Source: Limisphaerales bacterium (lineage in GTDB: Bacteria; Verrucomicrobiota; Verrucomicrobiia; Limisphaerales; CAIMTB01). From it: DNA of 64,000 nt. Shown one piece after another: positions 22,901 through 31,456 of the stretch (its first letter is position 1; the number at the start of each line of letters is the position of its first letter). The notes under the pieces were generated by a model. It was not told where the DNA came from. It was given only the letters and a program-made list of their open reading frames with translations, and searched no databases. Location of the stretch: assembly GCA_050250555.1 (NCBI GenBank), contig JBFWOK010000003.1, positions 2,475 through 66,474 on the forward strand. The letters are read 5' to 3'. A program made the translations under genes and the position numbers.

Positions 22901-24865
22901 CACTTCTTCAATGGCGGAGTCCTCGCGGCCTCCTCGCTGGTGGCTCACTACGATCGCCTCGCCCGCGAGATCGAACCCGCGATCATCGCCGAAACCGCCC
23001 GCTGGGGTGACGACCATCACTCACCGCCCCAGGATCTCACCGACTGGGTGCGCGAACGGGACTGGCTCCTGGGCACCTACCTCGCCCGTCGCACGGATGT
23101 CGTCCTCGATCAATTCCGCGCGTCCGGTCTCTACCCGAGAATCGCGGCTCCCGCCTTCGTGCCCGACGGCGGTACCGTGGCGGTTGGCGCGCCGGTCTCC
23201 CTCCGCACCGTCGGGGCTTCCGAACTTTTCTACACCACGAACGGGCTGGATCCTCGCCTTCCTGGAGGCGCCATCCGACCGGAAGCCGTCCGGGTTGTCC
23301 TTCAGGACCCCGGTCCCTCGGCGTCGCCCGATTTCATCCGCTCCGGAAAGGTCTGGCGTTACCTCGCCGATGGCTCCAACCCGGGGTCGGCCTGGAAGGA
23401 GAATGGCTTCACGGACGGGACCTGGCCCGAAGGCCCTTCGCCCCTCGGGTACGGGGACGGCGACGAAGCCACGGTGGTGCCCTATGTCGACGCCGACGCC
23501 ACCGCCCAGGGAGTTCAGAAAAACGCCACCACCTTCTTCCGCGCCAGTTTTGTCGTCGCCGACACGACGCCCTTCACGGGGTTGCGTCTCACACTCACCT
23601 ACGACGATGCCGCGGCCGTCTACCTCAACGGAACCGAGATTCTTCGAACGGACAATCTCCCCGCGGCGGCCGGAGCCTCCACCTACGCCGCGGGAACCTC
23701 CGCCGACGACGCCGTCATCACTCGCGACAACCTTCCGGTTCAACTTCTCCGAAACGGCGCGAACGTCGTCGCCGTCGAAATCCACCAGGCCGACGGCGGC
23801 AGTTCCGACATTTCCTTCAATCTGGAACTCGTCGGACTTGAATCCGCCGGTACGGGCGTGCAGGTCAGCGGCCCCGTATTCATGGCGGGACCCACCCGGC
23901 TGATGGCTCGGGCGCGGCGCTCCGGCGAATGGAGCGCGCTGAACGAGGCCCTCTACCTTCCCGGGGCCGCCGCACCCGCGCCGGGCGATCTGGTCGTATC
24001 CCAGTTTTGCTTCCGTCCGCCCGACCCGGCAGTCGCGGCGGAGATCCAGGTGTCGACCGACCGCGACGACTTTGAGTTCATCGAACTGCTGAATGTCTCG
24101 GATTCCGTCCTTGATCTCGCCGGAGTTCGAATCGGCGGAGGGGTGTCCTTCGTGTTCCCGGCCGGCGAGACGCTTCCGCCCGGTCAACGGGTGCTGGTCG
24201 TCCGCTCGAGGGCGGCCTTTGCGGCGCGCCACGGCGCCCTTTCCGCCGTGATCGCCGGGGAATACCAGGGCCGCCTCGCCAACGATTCCGATTCCATCGA
24301 GGTCCGCGACCCCACCGGGCGCCTGCTCGTCGCCTTCACGTACGCGGATCGTTCGCCGTGGCCCGCGTCACCCAACACGGGTTACGCCCTGGTGCTGGTC
24401 CGACCGGAACGGAAACCCGATCCGTCGGATCCCGCTAATTGGCGCGCGAGCGTGCTCCCCGGGGGAACCCCCGGGCGTTCGGACGCCACCCGGTTCCAAG
24501 GCGTTGCCGGCGCCGACGCGAATGGCAACGGCCAACCCGACTTGATCGACTACGCGCTTGGAATTCAGGCCCTCCCGTTCCCCGACGCGGGCATCGGCGT
24601 CGCCTGGGAGGACGAGGTTTCGTCCGACGGAATTCACCGGCACCTCGTCGTGTCGCATCCGCGGAACCTCGCGGCGGACGATGCCCCGGTCCGCCTGGAG
24701 ATCGCCGACCAGTTGGACGGTCCATGGGTCGAGGGGACCCGTCGTCTGGTTCTGGTGGGCGACACCCGGATCGCCCAAAGCATTGCGAGGCTTGTGTACC
24801 GCTCCCGGGAACCGGTCCACGCCCGATCCAACGCTTTCGTCCGGATTTCGGTCGGCTCTCCATGA
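19898..24865 (+). CDS. Large secreted protein: lamin-tail domain, F-type lectin/F5-8C domain, FN3-associated repeats, CotH kinase, second lamin-tail domain
   Basis: Signal-like FVVLILALVASPSSG; LSEFLASN...DWIELHN (LTD); SHT...WRLDLG...NRAECCQTRL (fucolectin-like); IRYTLDGSLP; KHSLRLLFK, VYLNGLYWGLY, NWDWPNKN, LWDFE (CotH); EFIELLN. ATGA overlap with rlmN. Confidence 0.85.
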   Translation: MKRRPSTARWFRGTSRSMSWCVRLCGPFEFLRGLFVVLILALVASPSSGGGDLVLSEFLASNGGSLLDEDGDPSDWIELHNTSALPVSTKGWSLTDDPTRESRWVLPDRTIEPGGFLLVFASGKNRSPADPGRPHTDFRLNASGEYLALIEPDGSTVASEFEPAFPPQDADISYGIPSTPGHASLLGDTTVSVLVPSSAADLPGDWTTGGTSTSRAWTSTRGFPLGFDFTPANPGGSTNLALAGTATQSTTGYNLGAGNANDGDLNTFSHTATQDDGSTWRLDLGAVYEIRRVVLHNRAECCQTRLRDITVSLLAADGRTVLWTSDLLNPENALNSPASITLDLLDLDVEPVPARFVQVTRAPDHDLSGSGGAGNADEDSVLSLGEVEVFGVDSLSYAPLLRTDLTETVHGKSGSVFARIPFVLADPIAASAVNLRLRYDDGVVVYLNGQEIVSRNAVGRAWDSIAAGERSKAEGLVSEGIDLMPMSHVLRQGTNWLAFHLLNAAAADPDLLLDADLVGEAQGPVFSAYLERPTPGASNNVPWFLGRVADTDFGVSRGFVEAPFDLTITSATPGAEIRYTLDGSLPTELHGSIYSGPLRIERTTVVRAAAFKRDFRPTNVDTHTYVLLDSTIAQAANPPGFPTTWAGLAPDYAMDTRITRSAAYASRMQESLRSLPTLSMVTDVDNLFGPSRGIYANPERSGLSWERPVSMEWIEPEGSRVFQVDAGLRIQGGYFRSRNATHKHSLRLLFKDEYGPGRLRGDLFDVFGATREFDTLVLRAGANDGYAWDAARDTEQFLRDEFGRRLHLAMGQVSPHGRFVHVYLNGLYWGLYNLTERPAEDFSASYFGGAPEQWDAVNSGEVKNGSLTDWNAFIARVRTTANLSDYQRLKGLSPDGSPHPTAPAYLDAINYIDYMLLNIWGGNWDWPNKNFWFGRDRTGASGGFKFYLWDFENTMGNNRARSPLEMVSPRSGITGSWVAEPHERLRQLEEYRLEFADRVHRHFFNGGVLAASSLVAHYDRLAREIEPAIIAETARWGDDHHSPPQDLTDWVRERDWLLGTYLARRTDVVLDQFRASGLYPRIAAPAFVPDGGTVAVGAPVSLRTVGASELFYTTNGLDPRLPGGAIRPEAVRVVLQDPGPSASPDFIRSGKVWRYLADGSNPGSAWKENGFTDGTWPEGPSPLGYGDGDEATVVPYVDADATAQGVQKNATTFFRASFVVADTTPFTGLRLTLTYDDAAAVYLNGTEILRTDNLPAAAGASTYAAGTSADDAVITRDNLPVQLLRNGANVVAVEIHQADGGSSDISFNLELVGLESAGTGVQVSGPVFMAGPTRLMARARRSGEWSALNEALYLPGAAAPAPGDLVVSQFCFRPPDPAVAAEIQVSTDRDDFEFIELLNVSDSVLDLAGVRIGGGVSFVFPAGETLPPGQRVLVVRSRAAFAARHGALSAVIAGEYQGRLANDSDSIEVRDPTGRLLVAFTYADRSPWPASPNTGYALVLVRPERKPDPSDPANWRASVLPGGTPGRSDATRFQGVAGADANGNGQPDLIDYALGIQALPFPDAGIGVAWEDEVSSDGIHRHLVVSHPRNLAADDAPVRLEIADQLDGPWVEGTRRLVLVGDTRIAQSIARLVYRSREPVHARSNAFVRISVGSP

Positions 24866-24997
24866 ATCGGGATTCTCTCACGGAGGCACTGAGACACGGA
24901 GATTTGAGGATGAATTCGTTCCCCCTCCGTGCCTCCGCGCCTCCGTGTGATGCCTCTCGGGTTCATGGATCCAACGCGCGAACCGCAACTCGCTGAA
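24860..24997 (-). repeat. 109-bp MITE/REP-like element, copy B (inverted; core 24860-24968) plus flank
   Basis: Reverse complement closely matches 13621-13758; its CCATGA end contains the TGA stop of the CotH gene. Confidence 0.9.
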
Positions 24998-25076
24998 ACG
25001 AACCCGGAATCGGGACCCACCCCACCTCGAAGGAGCGCCCGGCGCCGTGCCGCCGCACGACCGGGGATCTTCACTC

Positions 25077-25928
25077 TCACGTGACGAATTCGAGATCCTG
25101 GCGGTGGGGCAGAAGTCCCCGTTCAAAAGCTCTTCCCAGGAAGCGCCGGATGCTCTCGCGACCCCGGTCGCCGTAGTCGAGCGTCCAGTGGTTCACGTAC
25201 ATGCCCACAAAACGGTCGGCGAGATCCCGACCCATATCGCGGGCGTACTGGAGGGCGTGTTGAACCGCCTCGTCGCGATGGTCGAGGCTGTACTGGATGC
25301 TGTCCGTCAGGATCTTCGAGAGGATGCGGCGCGTGTCCGGATCGAAGCGCTTATGGACGACGTTGCCTCCCAACGGAAGCGGCAGGCCCTCGTTCTCCGC
25401 GCCCCACCAGACCCCGAGATCGGCGCAGCACACCAAACCTTCGTTGGCGAAGGTGAGTTGACCTTCGTGGATGATCAGTCCGACGTCGGCGCGTCCTTCC
25501 CGCACCGTCCGGAACACCTCGTCGAACGGCACCACGACGTGCTCGAACTCCGACGCCGGACGATCCAACCAGAGTTGCAGGGCCAGAAACGCGCTGGTCA
25601 TCAGGCCGGGAACCGCGATCCGGGCGCGGGACACCTCGTCCTTCCCCATCGGCCTTGGAGCGACCAGCATGGGTCCGTAGCCGTCCCCCATGGACGCGCC
25701 GCTCGGAAGAAGGGCGTACTGGTCGCTCACGTGGGCATACGCGTGGATGCTGATCGCCGAGATATCGAGTTCGCCCCGCGTCGCCCGTTCGTTCAGCGTC
25801 TGGATGTCCTGGAGAATGTGTTCGAAGGCGAACCCGTGGGTGGCGATCCGATCCTTCGCCAGCCCGAAAAACATGAACGCATCATCCGGATCCGGTGAAT
25901 GCCCCAAGGTCAGCACGCGCTGCGACAT
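25077..25928 (-). CDS. mqnD: 1,4-dihydroxy-6-naphthoate synthase (futalosine menaquinone pathway, MqnA/MqnD family)
   Basis: LGHSPDPDDAFMF, DIQTLNERA, GASMGDGYGP, LIIHEGQLT, LPLPLGG, MYVNHWT. Confidence 0.88.
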   Translation of the reverse strand: MSQRVLTLGHSPDPDDAFMFFGLAKDRIATHGFAFEHILQDIQTLNERATRGELDISAISIHAYAHVSDQYALLPSGASMGDGYGPMLVAPRPMGKDEVSRARIAVPGLMTSAFLALQLWLDRPASEFEHVVVPFDEVFRTVREGRADVGLIIHEGQLTFANEGLVCCADLGVWWGAENEGLPLPLGGNVVHKRFDPDTRRILSKILTDSIQYSLDHRDEAVQHALQYARDMGRDLADRFVGMYVNHWTLDYGDRGRESIRRFLGRAFERGLLPHRQDLEFVT

Positions 25929-26023
25929 GCCGGTGAGCCTACGGGAAGTCCGGAACGAGTTCGAACCCTGACTTTTTTCTTCCCGTCTCGCCCCCTTCGC
26001 CGGACGTCTTCATTCTCCCGGCG

Positions 26024-26911
26024 ATGTTGAGCCTTTCCCATCTCGCGGAGTTGGCGGGCGCGCACGGCGCCGCGCTCTCCGCCCGGGTCGAAGCGTTCGA
26101 AATCGGCGGGCGCCGCTTCGACGGCAATCTGCGCCCCGCGATCCTGGGGGTTGTGAATCTCTCACCCGACTCCTGGTACCGCGAAAGCGTCGTCCTTTCC
26201 CCCGAGGCCGCTGTCCGCCGGGGCAAGGTGCTCGCGGCGCAGGGCGCGGACCTTGTTGATCTTGGAGCCGAATCGACCCTGCTCGACGCCGCCCGGTCGG
26301 ATGCGGCCTGCCAGAACCACCGCCTGCTGCCGGTCATCCGCGAACTCCGCGAGGAAGGGATCCCTGTGTCGGTGGAAACGTACACGCCGGAAGTGACCCG
26401 CGCCTGCCTCGAAGCCGGCGCCAGCGTGCTGAATCTCACGGGAACGGATCCCACGGCGGAGATGTTCCGGATGGTCGCCGACCACGACGCGGCGGTGATC
26501 GTGTGCCACGTCCAGGGCGAACATGTGCGGGCGGTCGGCGACTATGATCTGGCCGCGGACCCCATCCCTCCCTTGATGGACTACTTCGCGCGCCAGATCG
26601 AACGGGCGACCCGGGCCGGCGTTCGGCGGCTGTTCATCGATCCGGGGCTTGGATTCTACTATCGCAACCTCCAGGACAGCTCGGTCCGGGTGCGCCACCA
26701 GATCAAGGTTCTCCTGAACTCATTCCGACTCCGGACCCTGGGATGGCCGGTGTGCCATGCCCTGCCCCATGCGTTTGAATTCTTTGGCGAGGAGGTGCGC
26801 AGCGCCGAACCGTTTTTCTGCCAACTGGCCGCGCTGGGAGGCACGACTCTCTTCCGAACCCACGAGGTGCCGCGAATCAAGGCGGTGCTGGACACCATGG
26901 CGACTTTCTAG
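26024..26911 (+). CDS. folP: Dihydropteroate synthase-like pterin-binding protein (divergent)
   Basis: GVVNLSPDS, DLGAEST, DPGLGF and RTHEV are present; the SRK motif is absent. Confidence 0.7.
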   Translation: MLSLSHLAELAGAHGAALSARVEAFEIGGRRFDGNLRPAILGVVNLSPDSWYRESVVLSPEAAVRRGKVLAAQGADLVDLGAESTLLDAARSDAACQNHRLLPVIRELREEGIPVSVETYTPEVTRACLEAGASVLNLTGTDPTAEMFRMVADHDAAVIVCHVQGEHVRAVGDYDLAADPIPPLMDYFARQIERATRAGVRRLFIDPGLGFYYRNLQDSSVRVRHQIKVLLNSFRLRTLGWPVCHALPHAFEFFGEEVRSAEPFFCQLAALGGTTLFRTHEVPRIKAVLDTMATF

Positions 26912-26954
26912 CCCGTTGACTTGTGTCTCTCCAGCCGCAAACTTCGCCGAACGG

Positions 26955-27707
26955 ATGCGTCACGACCTGACGAACTTTCTCCGCAAGTGGGACTACCAGC
27001 CGGGTGAACTCCGCGTGCGCCGCTTCAAGGGGCGTGACGGGCAGGAGAAGATCCAGCTTCGGGTGGACCTTGGCGTCTTGCAGATGGAGGCCGAGGGACG
27101 GCCGGACGGAAAACGCCCGATGGGCCACGATTCCTGGCTCCAGTTCTACCAGGCCCGCCTTGGCGAACACATCGCCGAGCACGGGGACGACGAAGACTTC
27201 GCCCTCAAGAGTGAGGACTGCCAGCGGTTGCAGCAGGAAGCGATCCAGTACTACCACCGCTACATCTGCCTCTTCCAACTCGGGGATCATCCCGCGGTGC
27301 TGCGCGACACCGAACGCAATCTCGAGGCGTTCGGCATGCTCGAAGCCTTCGCAGAAACCCCGGAACTCGGCGCGGCCCTCGCGATCTTCAAACCCCAGGT
27401 CCTGCTGATGCGCACCCGCGCCCAGGGCGCCCTCGCGCTGGAAGCCGACGATCCCCGTGGCGCCGTGCAGGCCATCGAAGCGGGCGTCGAGGCCATCCGC
27501 CGCGTCTTCCGGGACCATGAACAGACCGAACTGGCCGAACAGGCGTCCGAGGTCAAAATGCTCGAGTCCTGGCTCCAGGAACTCCGACCGCATCTGCCCT
27601 TGTCCCCCCGCGAACGGCTCGAATCCGACCTGAACCAGGCGATCGCCCGGGAGGATTACGAAAAGGCGGCGGAGCTCCGGGACGCGATCAAGCGACTCGA
27701 AGGCTGA
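26955..27707 (+). CDS. UvrB/UvrC-motif (UVR domain) protein
   Basis: C-terminal LNQAIAREDYEKAAELRDAIKRL; N-terminal KIQLRVDLGVLQME..GRPDG typical of a conserved PVC family. Confidence 0.8.
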   Translation: MRHDLTNFLRKWDYQPGELRVRRFKGRDGQEKIQLRVDLGVLQMEAEGRPDGKRPMGHDSWLQFYQARLGEHIAEHGDDEDFALKSEDCQRLQQEAIQYYHRYICLFQLGDHPAVLRDTERNLEAFGMLEAFAETPELGAALAIFKPQVLLMRTRAQGALALEADDPRGAVQAIEAGVEAIRRVFRDHEQTELAEQASEVKMLESWLQELRPHLPLSPRERLESDLNQAIAREDYEKAAELRDAIKRLEG

Positions 27708-27716
27708 TCCCGCCCT

Positions 27717-27754
27717 CCGGTCCGCGTCCCTGATTCAAAGGGCCGCGGAACCGG
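27717..27754. terminator. GC-rich hairpin between convergent genes (possible bidirectional terminator)
   Basis: CCGGT-CCGCG-T-CCCT [GATTCAA] AGGG-C-CGCGG-A-ACCGG, 10 bp after the UVR gene stop; no U tract. Confidence 0.45.
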
Positions 27755-27847
27755 ACCGTCCGAAGTCACTCACTCACTTGTCCGAGGCCGCGAGCGGTCG
27801 CAGCGCGGTCTGTCCCCGCCCGCTGAAGTCGATCGATTCTCCGAGGA

Positions 27848-28447
27848 TCAGTGACTGTGGGAACCACAACCGCGAAACCTCTCCGGATTCGTGTCCGACC
27901 CCGGCTTGAATTCCACCCGCCATCCGCCGTCGGGAAGCCGAGTGGTCTCATGCGAGAACCCGCACATTCCCAGTTTCGTGTAGAGGGGAACCGGCTCGAA
28001 GGACACCAGCACCACGAGAGACTGCCCGGGGATCAGTTTCGCGATCGTTTCCTCGATCGGTCCGCACGGGGATCCGCCCGCCGCCAGAATGGGTCGAACG
28101 TCGAGAACCCATGGCTGGACGAATCCGATCGGAACCGGCTCGGGCGCCACGGCCGGCCGGCAGGATCCCCGGACGCCGCGCGCTGGACGAAAGCCCGGAT
28201 CCGGATGTTCGCCCTTCGCGATCCGCACCTGCCAGGTCGCGGGCCCCGCTTCGAGGTATTCCCAATGGAACTCCCCCGGGTACTCCACCGCGAACTGGTA
28301 GTAGAGCGGAACCGGGTCGTGGTCGTTGATCAGGAGAATCGCTCCGCCGGACGGCAATTCGTCCCACGCCTCGAAGATCCTGGGGTGGCGTTCTCGCGGA
28401 GGCATTGGCCGGACGTCGATTTCCACGGATTCAATCGGTGAACTCAT
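27848..28447 (-). CDS. Tandem DUF2249-domain protein
   Basis: IDVRPMPPRERHPRIFEAWDEL...INDHDPVPLYYQF...W and a second copy LDVRPIL...FEPVPLY...WRVEF; alternative start at 28459. Confidence 0.82.
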   Translation of the reverse strand: MSSPIESVEIDVRPMPPRERHPRIFEAWDELPSGGAILLINDHDPVPLYYQFAVEYPGEFHWEYLEAGPATWQVRIAKGEHPDPGFRPARGVRGSCRPAVAPEPVPIGFVQPWVLDVRPILAAGGSPCGPIEETIAKLIPGQSLVVLVSFEPVPLYTKLGMCGFSHETTRLPDGGWRVEFKPGSDTNPERFRGCGSHSH

Positions 28448-28485
28448 CGCGGGTCCCATCCAACGGAATCGGAGCGCCCTCCTCC

Positions 28486-28499
28486 TTGATCTGCGTCAA
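28486..28499. promoter_or_regulatory. FNR/DNR-type (CRP-FNR family) binding box
   Basis: TTGATCTGCGTCAA matches TTGAT-N4-ATCAA with one mismatch; centred about 45 bp upstream of the DUF2249 ATG. Confidence 0.6.
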
Positions 28500-28612
28500 C
28501 AGGGCGGGATCGCGCCTGCTCGCCGGCGCGGGCGTTCGATGGATTGCGGAAGAGGCTGCGACCTGAATACCCGGACTTCAAGGAGAACAAGGTCAGGAGT
28601 ACAAGGCCCGGG

Positions 28613-29692
28613 TCAGACCGACAGTCCCGCGCGCGCGAGCAGGGTCCGGGTCTTTTCCCGGATGGGCGCCCAGGTCGCGAGGCGGTATCCCGCCGCGACC
28701 AGGGGGTTCCGGAATCGCACCAGACAGGGCGGCATCACCAGTCCCCGCCCGCCGAAACCCAGGTTGAAGAAGTCCCGGCGCGTGGCGAGATCCTTGGGGA
28801 GTTCCGTGCCGTTCACCATCGCCGTCGCCGTGTCGCGATCCATCATCGCGAAATCCAGCCACCGATAGCCCTTCTCGGCCGACCAACGGATGATGTCCGC
28901 CGTGATCAGCGTGTTGACATGCATCGGGTTTCCGGATTGGTCCCAGCCCTTCTTCCAGAACACCACGCGGTCGCCGAACCCGATCGCAAATCCCCCGGCG
29001 ACCCGTTTGCCGTCGTGCACCGCGAACCACAGTCGCGATTTCCCGGCGCCCGTGAAAGCGCGGACCAGGGCCGTCGCGACGGCCACATTCGCCGGGTTCG
29101 GCCGGGCGCCCTGCCGCTGGCAGGTGCTCGCCATCAGACGGAAAAAATCCGGCACGTCGTCGGGCCCTCCTTCCTCGATCCGAACCCCCCGCTCGTATCC
29201 CTGGCGTATCTCCCGGCGGGTGGTGCGGCGAAAGCCCGCGTGCGCGGCGTCCCATCCCTTTGAGACGTCGACCAGGAGGGTCGCATCCGCCATGCGCGCG
29301 ACGGTCTCCCGCAGAAACCCGGCGGACTCGAGGTGGGGCACGAGCGGATCCGCGCCGTCCGGAGGCTGGACGAGAAGCGCGACGTAGCCCGATGCCCGGT
29401 GGTCCGCCACCAAAGCGGCGATGAGCGATTCACGAACCTTGGGGTCGTTCGCGTCGACGAGGGGCCCCTTGTTGATGAATCCGATGAGTCCCGCGCGGGT
29501 CCGTTTGTGCAGGATCTGCGCGCCCGCCCGGATTCGCTCGCCTTCCTTCAACTGAACCCAGCGCACTTTCCAACCCTCGGGAGCCTTCGCCGCCGCCCAG
29601 GCGGAGGACTGCTGGAACTGTCCCTGGGGATGCTCCTCCGCGAATGCGTCCCAGCCCGGATCGGGTGTCCCCTCCGATTGAGTCGTCGTCAT
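28613..29692 (-). CDS. FemAB/FemX-like double-GNAT protein
   Basis: WDAFAEEHPQGQFQQSSAWA, GFINKGPL, TLLVDV, RRTTRREIRQG, KGYRWLDF; GGAGGA RBS upstream of ATG 29692. Confidence 0.78.
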   Translation of the reverse strand: MTTTQSEGTPDPGWDAFAEEHPQGQFQQSSAWAAAKAPEGWKVRWVQLKEGERIRAGAQILHKRTRAGLIGFINKGPLVDANDPKVRESLIAALVADHRASGYVALLVQPPDGADPLVPHLESAGFLRETVARMADATLLVDVSKGWDAAHAGFRRTTRREIRQGYERGVRIEEGGPDDVPDFFRLMASTCQRQGARPNPANVAVATALVRAFTGAGKSRLWFAVHDGKRVAGGFAIGFGDRVVFWKKGWDQSGNPMHVNTLITADIIRWSAEKGYRWLDFAMMDRDTATAMVNGTELPKDLATRRDFFNLGFGGRGLVMPPCLVRFRNPLVAAGYRLATWAPIREKTRTLLARAGLSV

Positions 29693-30241
29693 CAATTGAT
29701 CCTCCTCCCCTCTCCCATGCGTCGTTCCCAACGAGGCCCAAGGAATCCGCAGCTCCCCGTCGCGGCCGGAACCCGGCCGGCGCCGGTGAATATCACTCCA
29801 TCGGCGCGCTGCCGAGGCGAATTCACTGCCCACGCGAAAATCGCCGGGGACGGAACTTTCAAACGGAACGATGCGGATTTCGTTTAGATCCTTCCGACAA
29901 GGGTCACCCGGCTAGTGGCGTCTCCGATGGGGTGGCCGCGATGGCGATATCGGGTGGGGTATCCGGCCGCTCGAGGATGTATCCCATGGGTCGGTCTTCA
30001 GCGGGTAGCGATGCGACCGCCGTTCGCGGCGACCGGCGCTCCACGTTTCGAATCTCGGCGCTCCGCTTAAGAATCCGTTCTCGTATTGAATCCATTTCCC
30101 GTCGAGGCATCATCGGCCGCCTCGTGTCAACGGCACTATCCATCCATCCGCCGCGGTCTCCGGCAGCTAGGGAATGGAGCCGCATCGAATCCGCTTATCT
30201 CCGAGGCCCGATAGGTCGATAGGCCTATGGGTTCGTGACGA

Positions 30242-31402
30242 ATGGGACGATCCCGACCGACGACGCCTCCGATGTTCCGAGGGAACGTGACACCGAACAC
30301 CCACGAACGCCCAAACCCGACCTCCGGGTCCGGGACGGCGCCCGTTGTGTCCTGGCTTCGGCCCGGCGACTGGGACGAGTGGGACCGTTTCGTTTCCGGA
30401 CAGCCGCACGGCGTCATTTTCCACCTCAGCGCGTGGCGCCGGGTCATCGAGCGGAGTTTTCGCCACATGCGGGGGCGGGTCGTTGTGATCCGGGATCCCC
30501 AGAGCGGCGCCATTCTGGGCGGACTTCCCGTGTACGACGTCCGTAGCTGGCTGCTGGGCAACCGCCTCGTCAGCATTCCCTTCGCCTCCCTCTGCGATCC
30601 CCTCGTGGCGGGTGTTGCGGAGTGGAAGCAGATCTGGGCGGCGGTCGCCTCCGAGCGGCGCGCCGGCGGAAAAACCCCGTTCGAGTGCCGGACCTGGCGG
30701 CGATCGGGAGTTCTGCCGAATGGGGGTCAATGCCCCACCGAGACCGCCCTGCATCACTGGCTGGATCTCTCCCCCGGACTCGACGCGGTCTATTCCAAGT
30801 TTTCGAGGACCGCGATCCGGCGAATGATCTCGAAGAGCAAGGCCCGGGGAACCCTGGTGCGCCGGGCCGACTGCGAAGCCGACGTCGCCACCTACTATTC
30901 CCTGCTCGTCCAATCCCGGAGACGGATCGGACTCCCGACAATTCCTTACGTCTTCTTCCGATCGTGCTGGGAGTACCTGCCGGAAGAGAACCGCTCGTTC
31001 GTCATCGCGATCCGGAACGATCGGCCTGTCGCGGCCATCTTCAGTGTCTGCTACGGCGCGAACTTCCTGATGGAACAGTCGGGCGAGACGGACGAAACCT
31101 GCGGCACCGGGGCGGTTCAGCAGCTCATCTGGGAGGAAATTCAAAAGGCGCATTCCCTGGGTTGCACCCTGGTCAGCTACGGCCGGACGGCCGTCGAGAA
31201 CACGAGTCTGGCCAGCTACAAGCTGCATTGGGGAACCACGCAGGAGGTTCTGACGACCTACTGGCCTGGATCCCCACCCGTCCAGCGGAACGCCGTCGCG
31301 GGGGCCTCCCCCAGCCGCCGGATGATCGGATGGCTTTCAAATCATTCCCCGCTCGCCGTCTACCACGCGATGAGCCGGTTCTGTTACAAGCACTGGGGCT
31401 GA
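30242..31402 (+). CDS. FemAB-like GNAT family protein (EPS/PEP-CTERM-associated type)
   Basis: WDRFVSGQPHGVIFHLSAW, GNRLVSIPF, RRIGLP, GRT...LASYKLHWG; start uncertain (30242/30272/30287). Confidence 0.78.
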   Translation: MGRSRPTTPPMFRGNVTPNTHERPNPTSGSGTAPVVSWLRPGDWDEWDRFVSGQPHGVIFHLSAWRRVIERSFRHMRGRVVVIRDPQSGAILGGLPVYDVRSWLLGNRLVSIPFASLCDPLVAGVAEWKQIWAAVASERRAGGKTPFECRTWRRSGVLPNGGQCPTETALHHWLDLSPGLDAVYSKFSRTAIRRMISKSKARGTLVRRADCEADVATYYSLLVQSRRRIGLPTIPYVFFRSCWEYLPEENRSFVIAIRNDRPVAAIFSVCYGANFLMEQSGETDETCGTGAVQQLIWEEIQKAHSLGCTLVSYGRTAVENTSLASYKLHWGTTQEVLTTYWPGSPPVQRNAVAGASPSRRMIGWLSNHSPLAVYHAMSRFCYKHWG

Positions 31403-31456
31403 CTCCCTCGGCTCGGCTCACCCCGCCCCGCCCCGCCGCCCGCTCCACCGCGGGGG

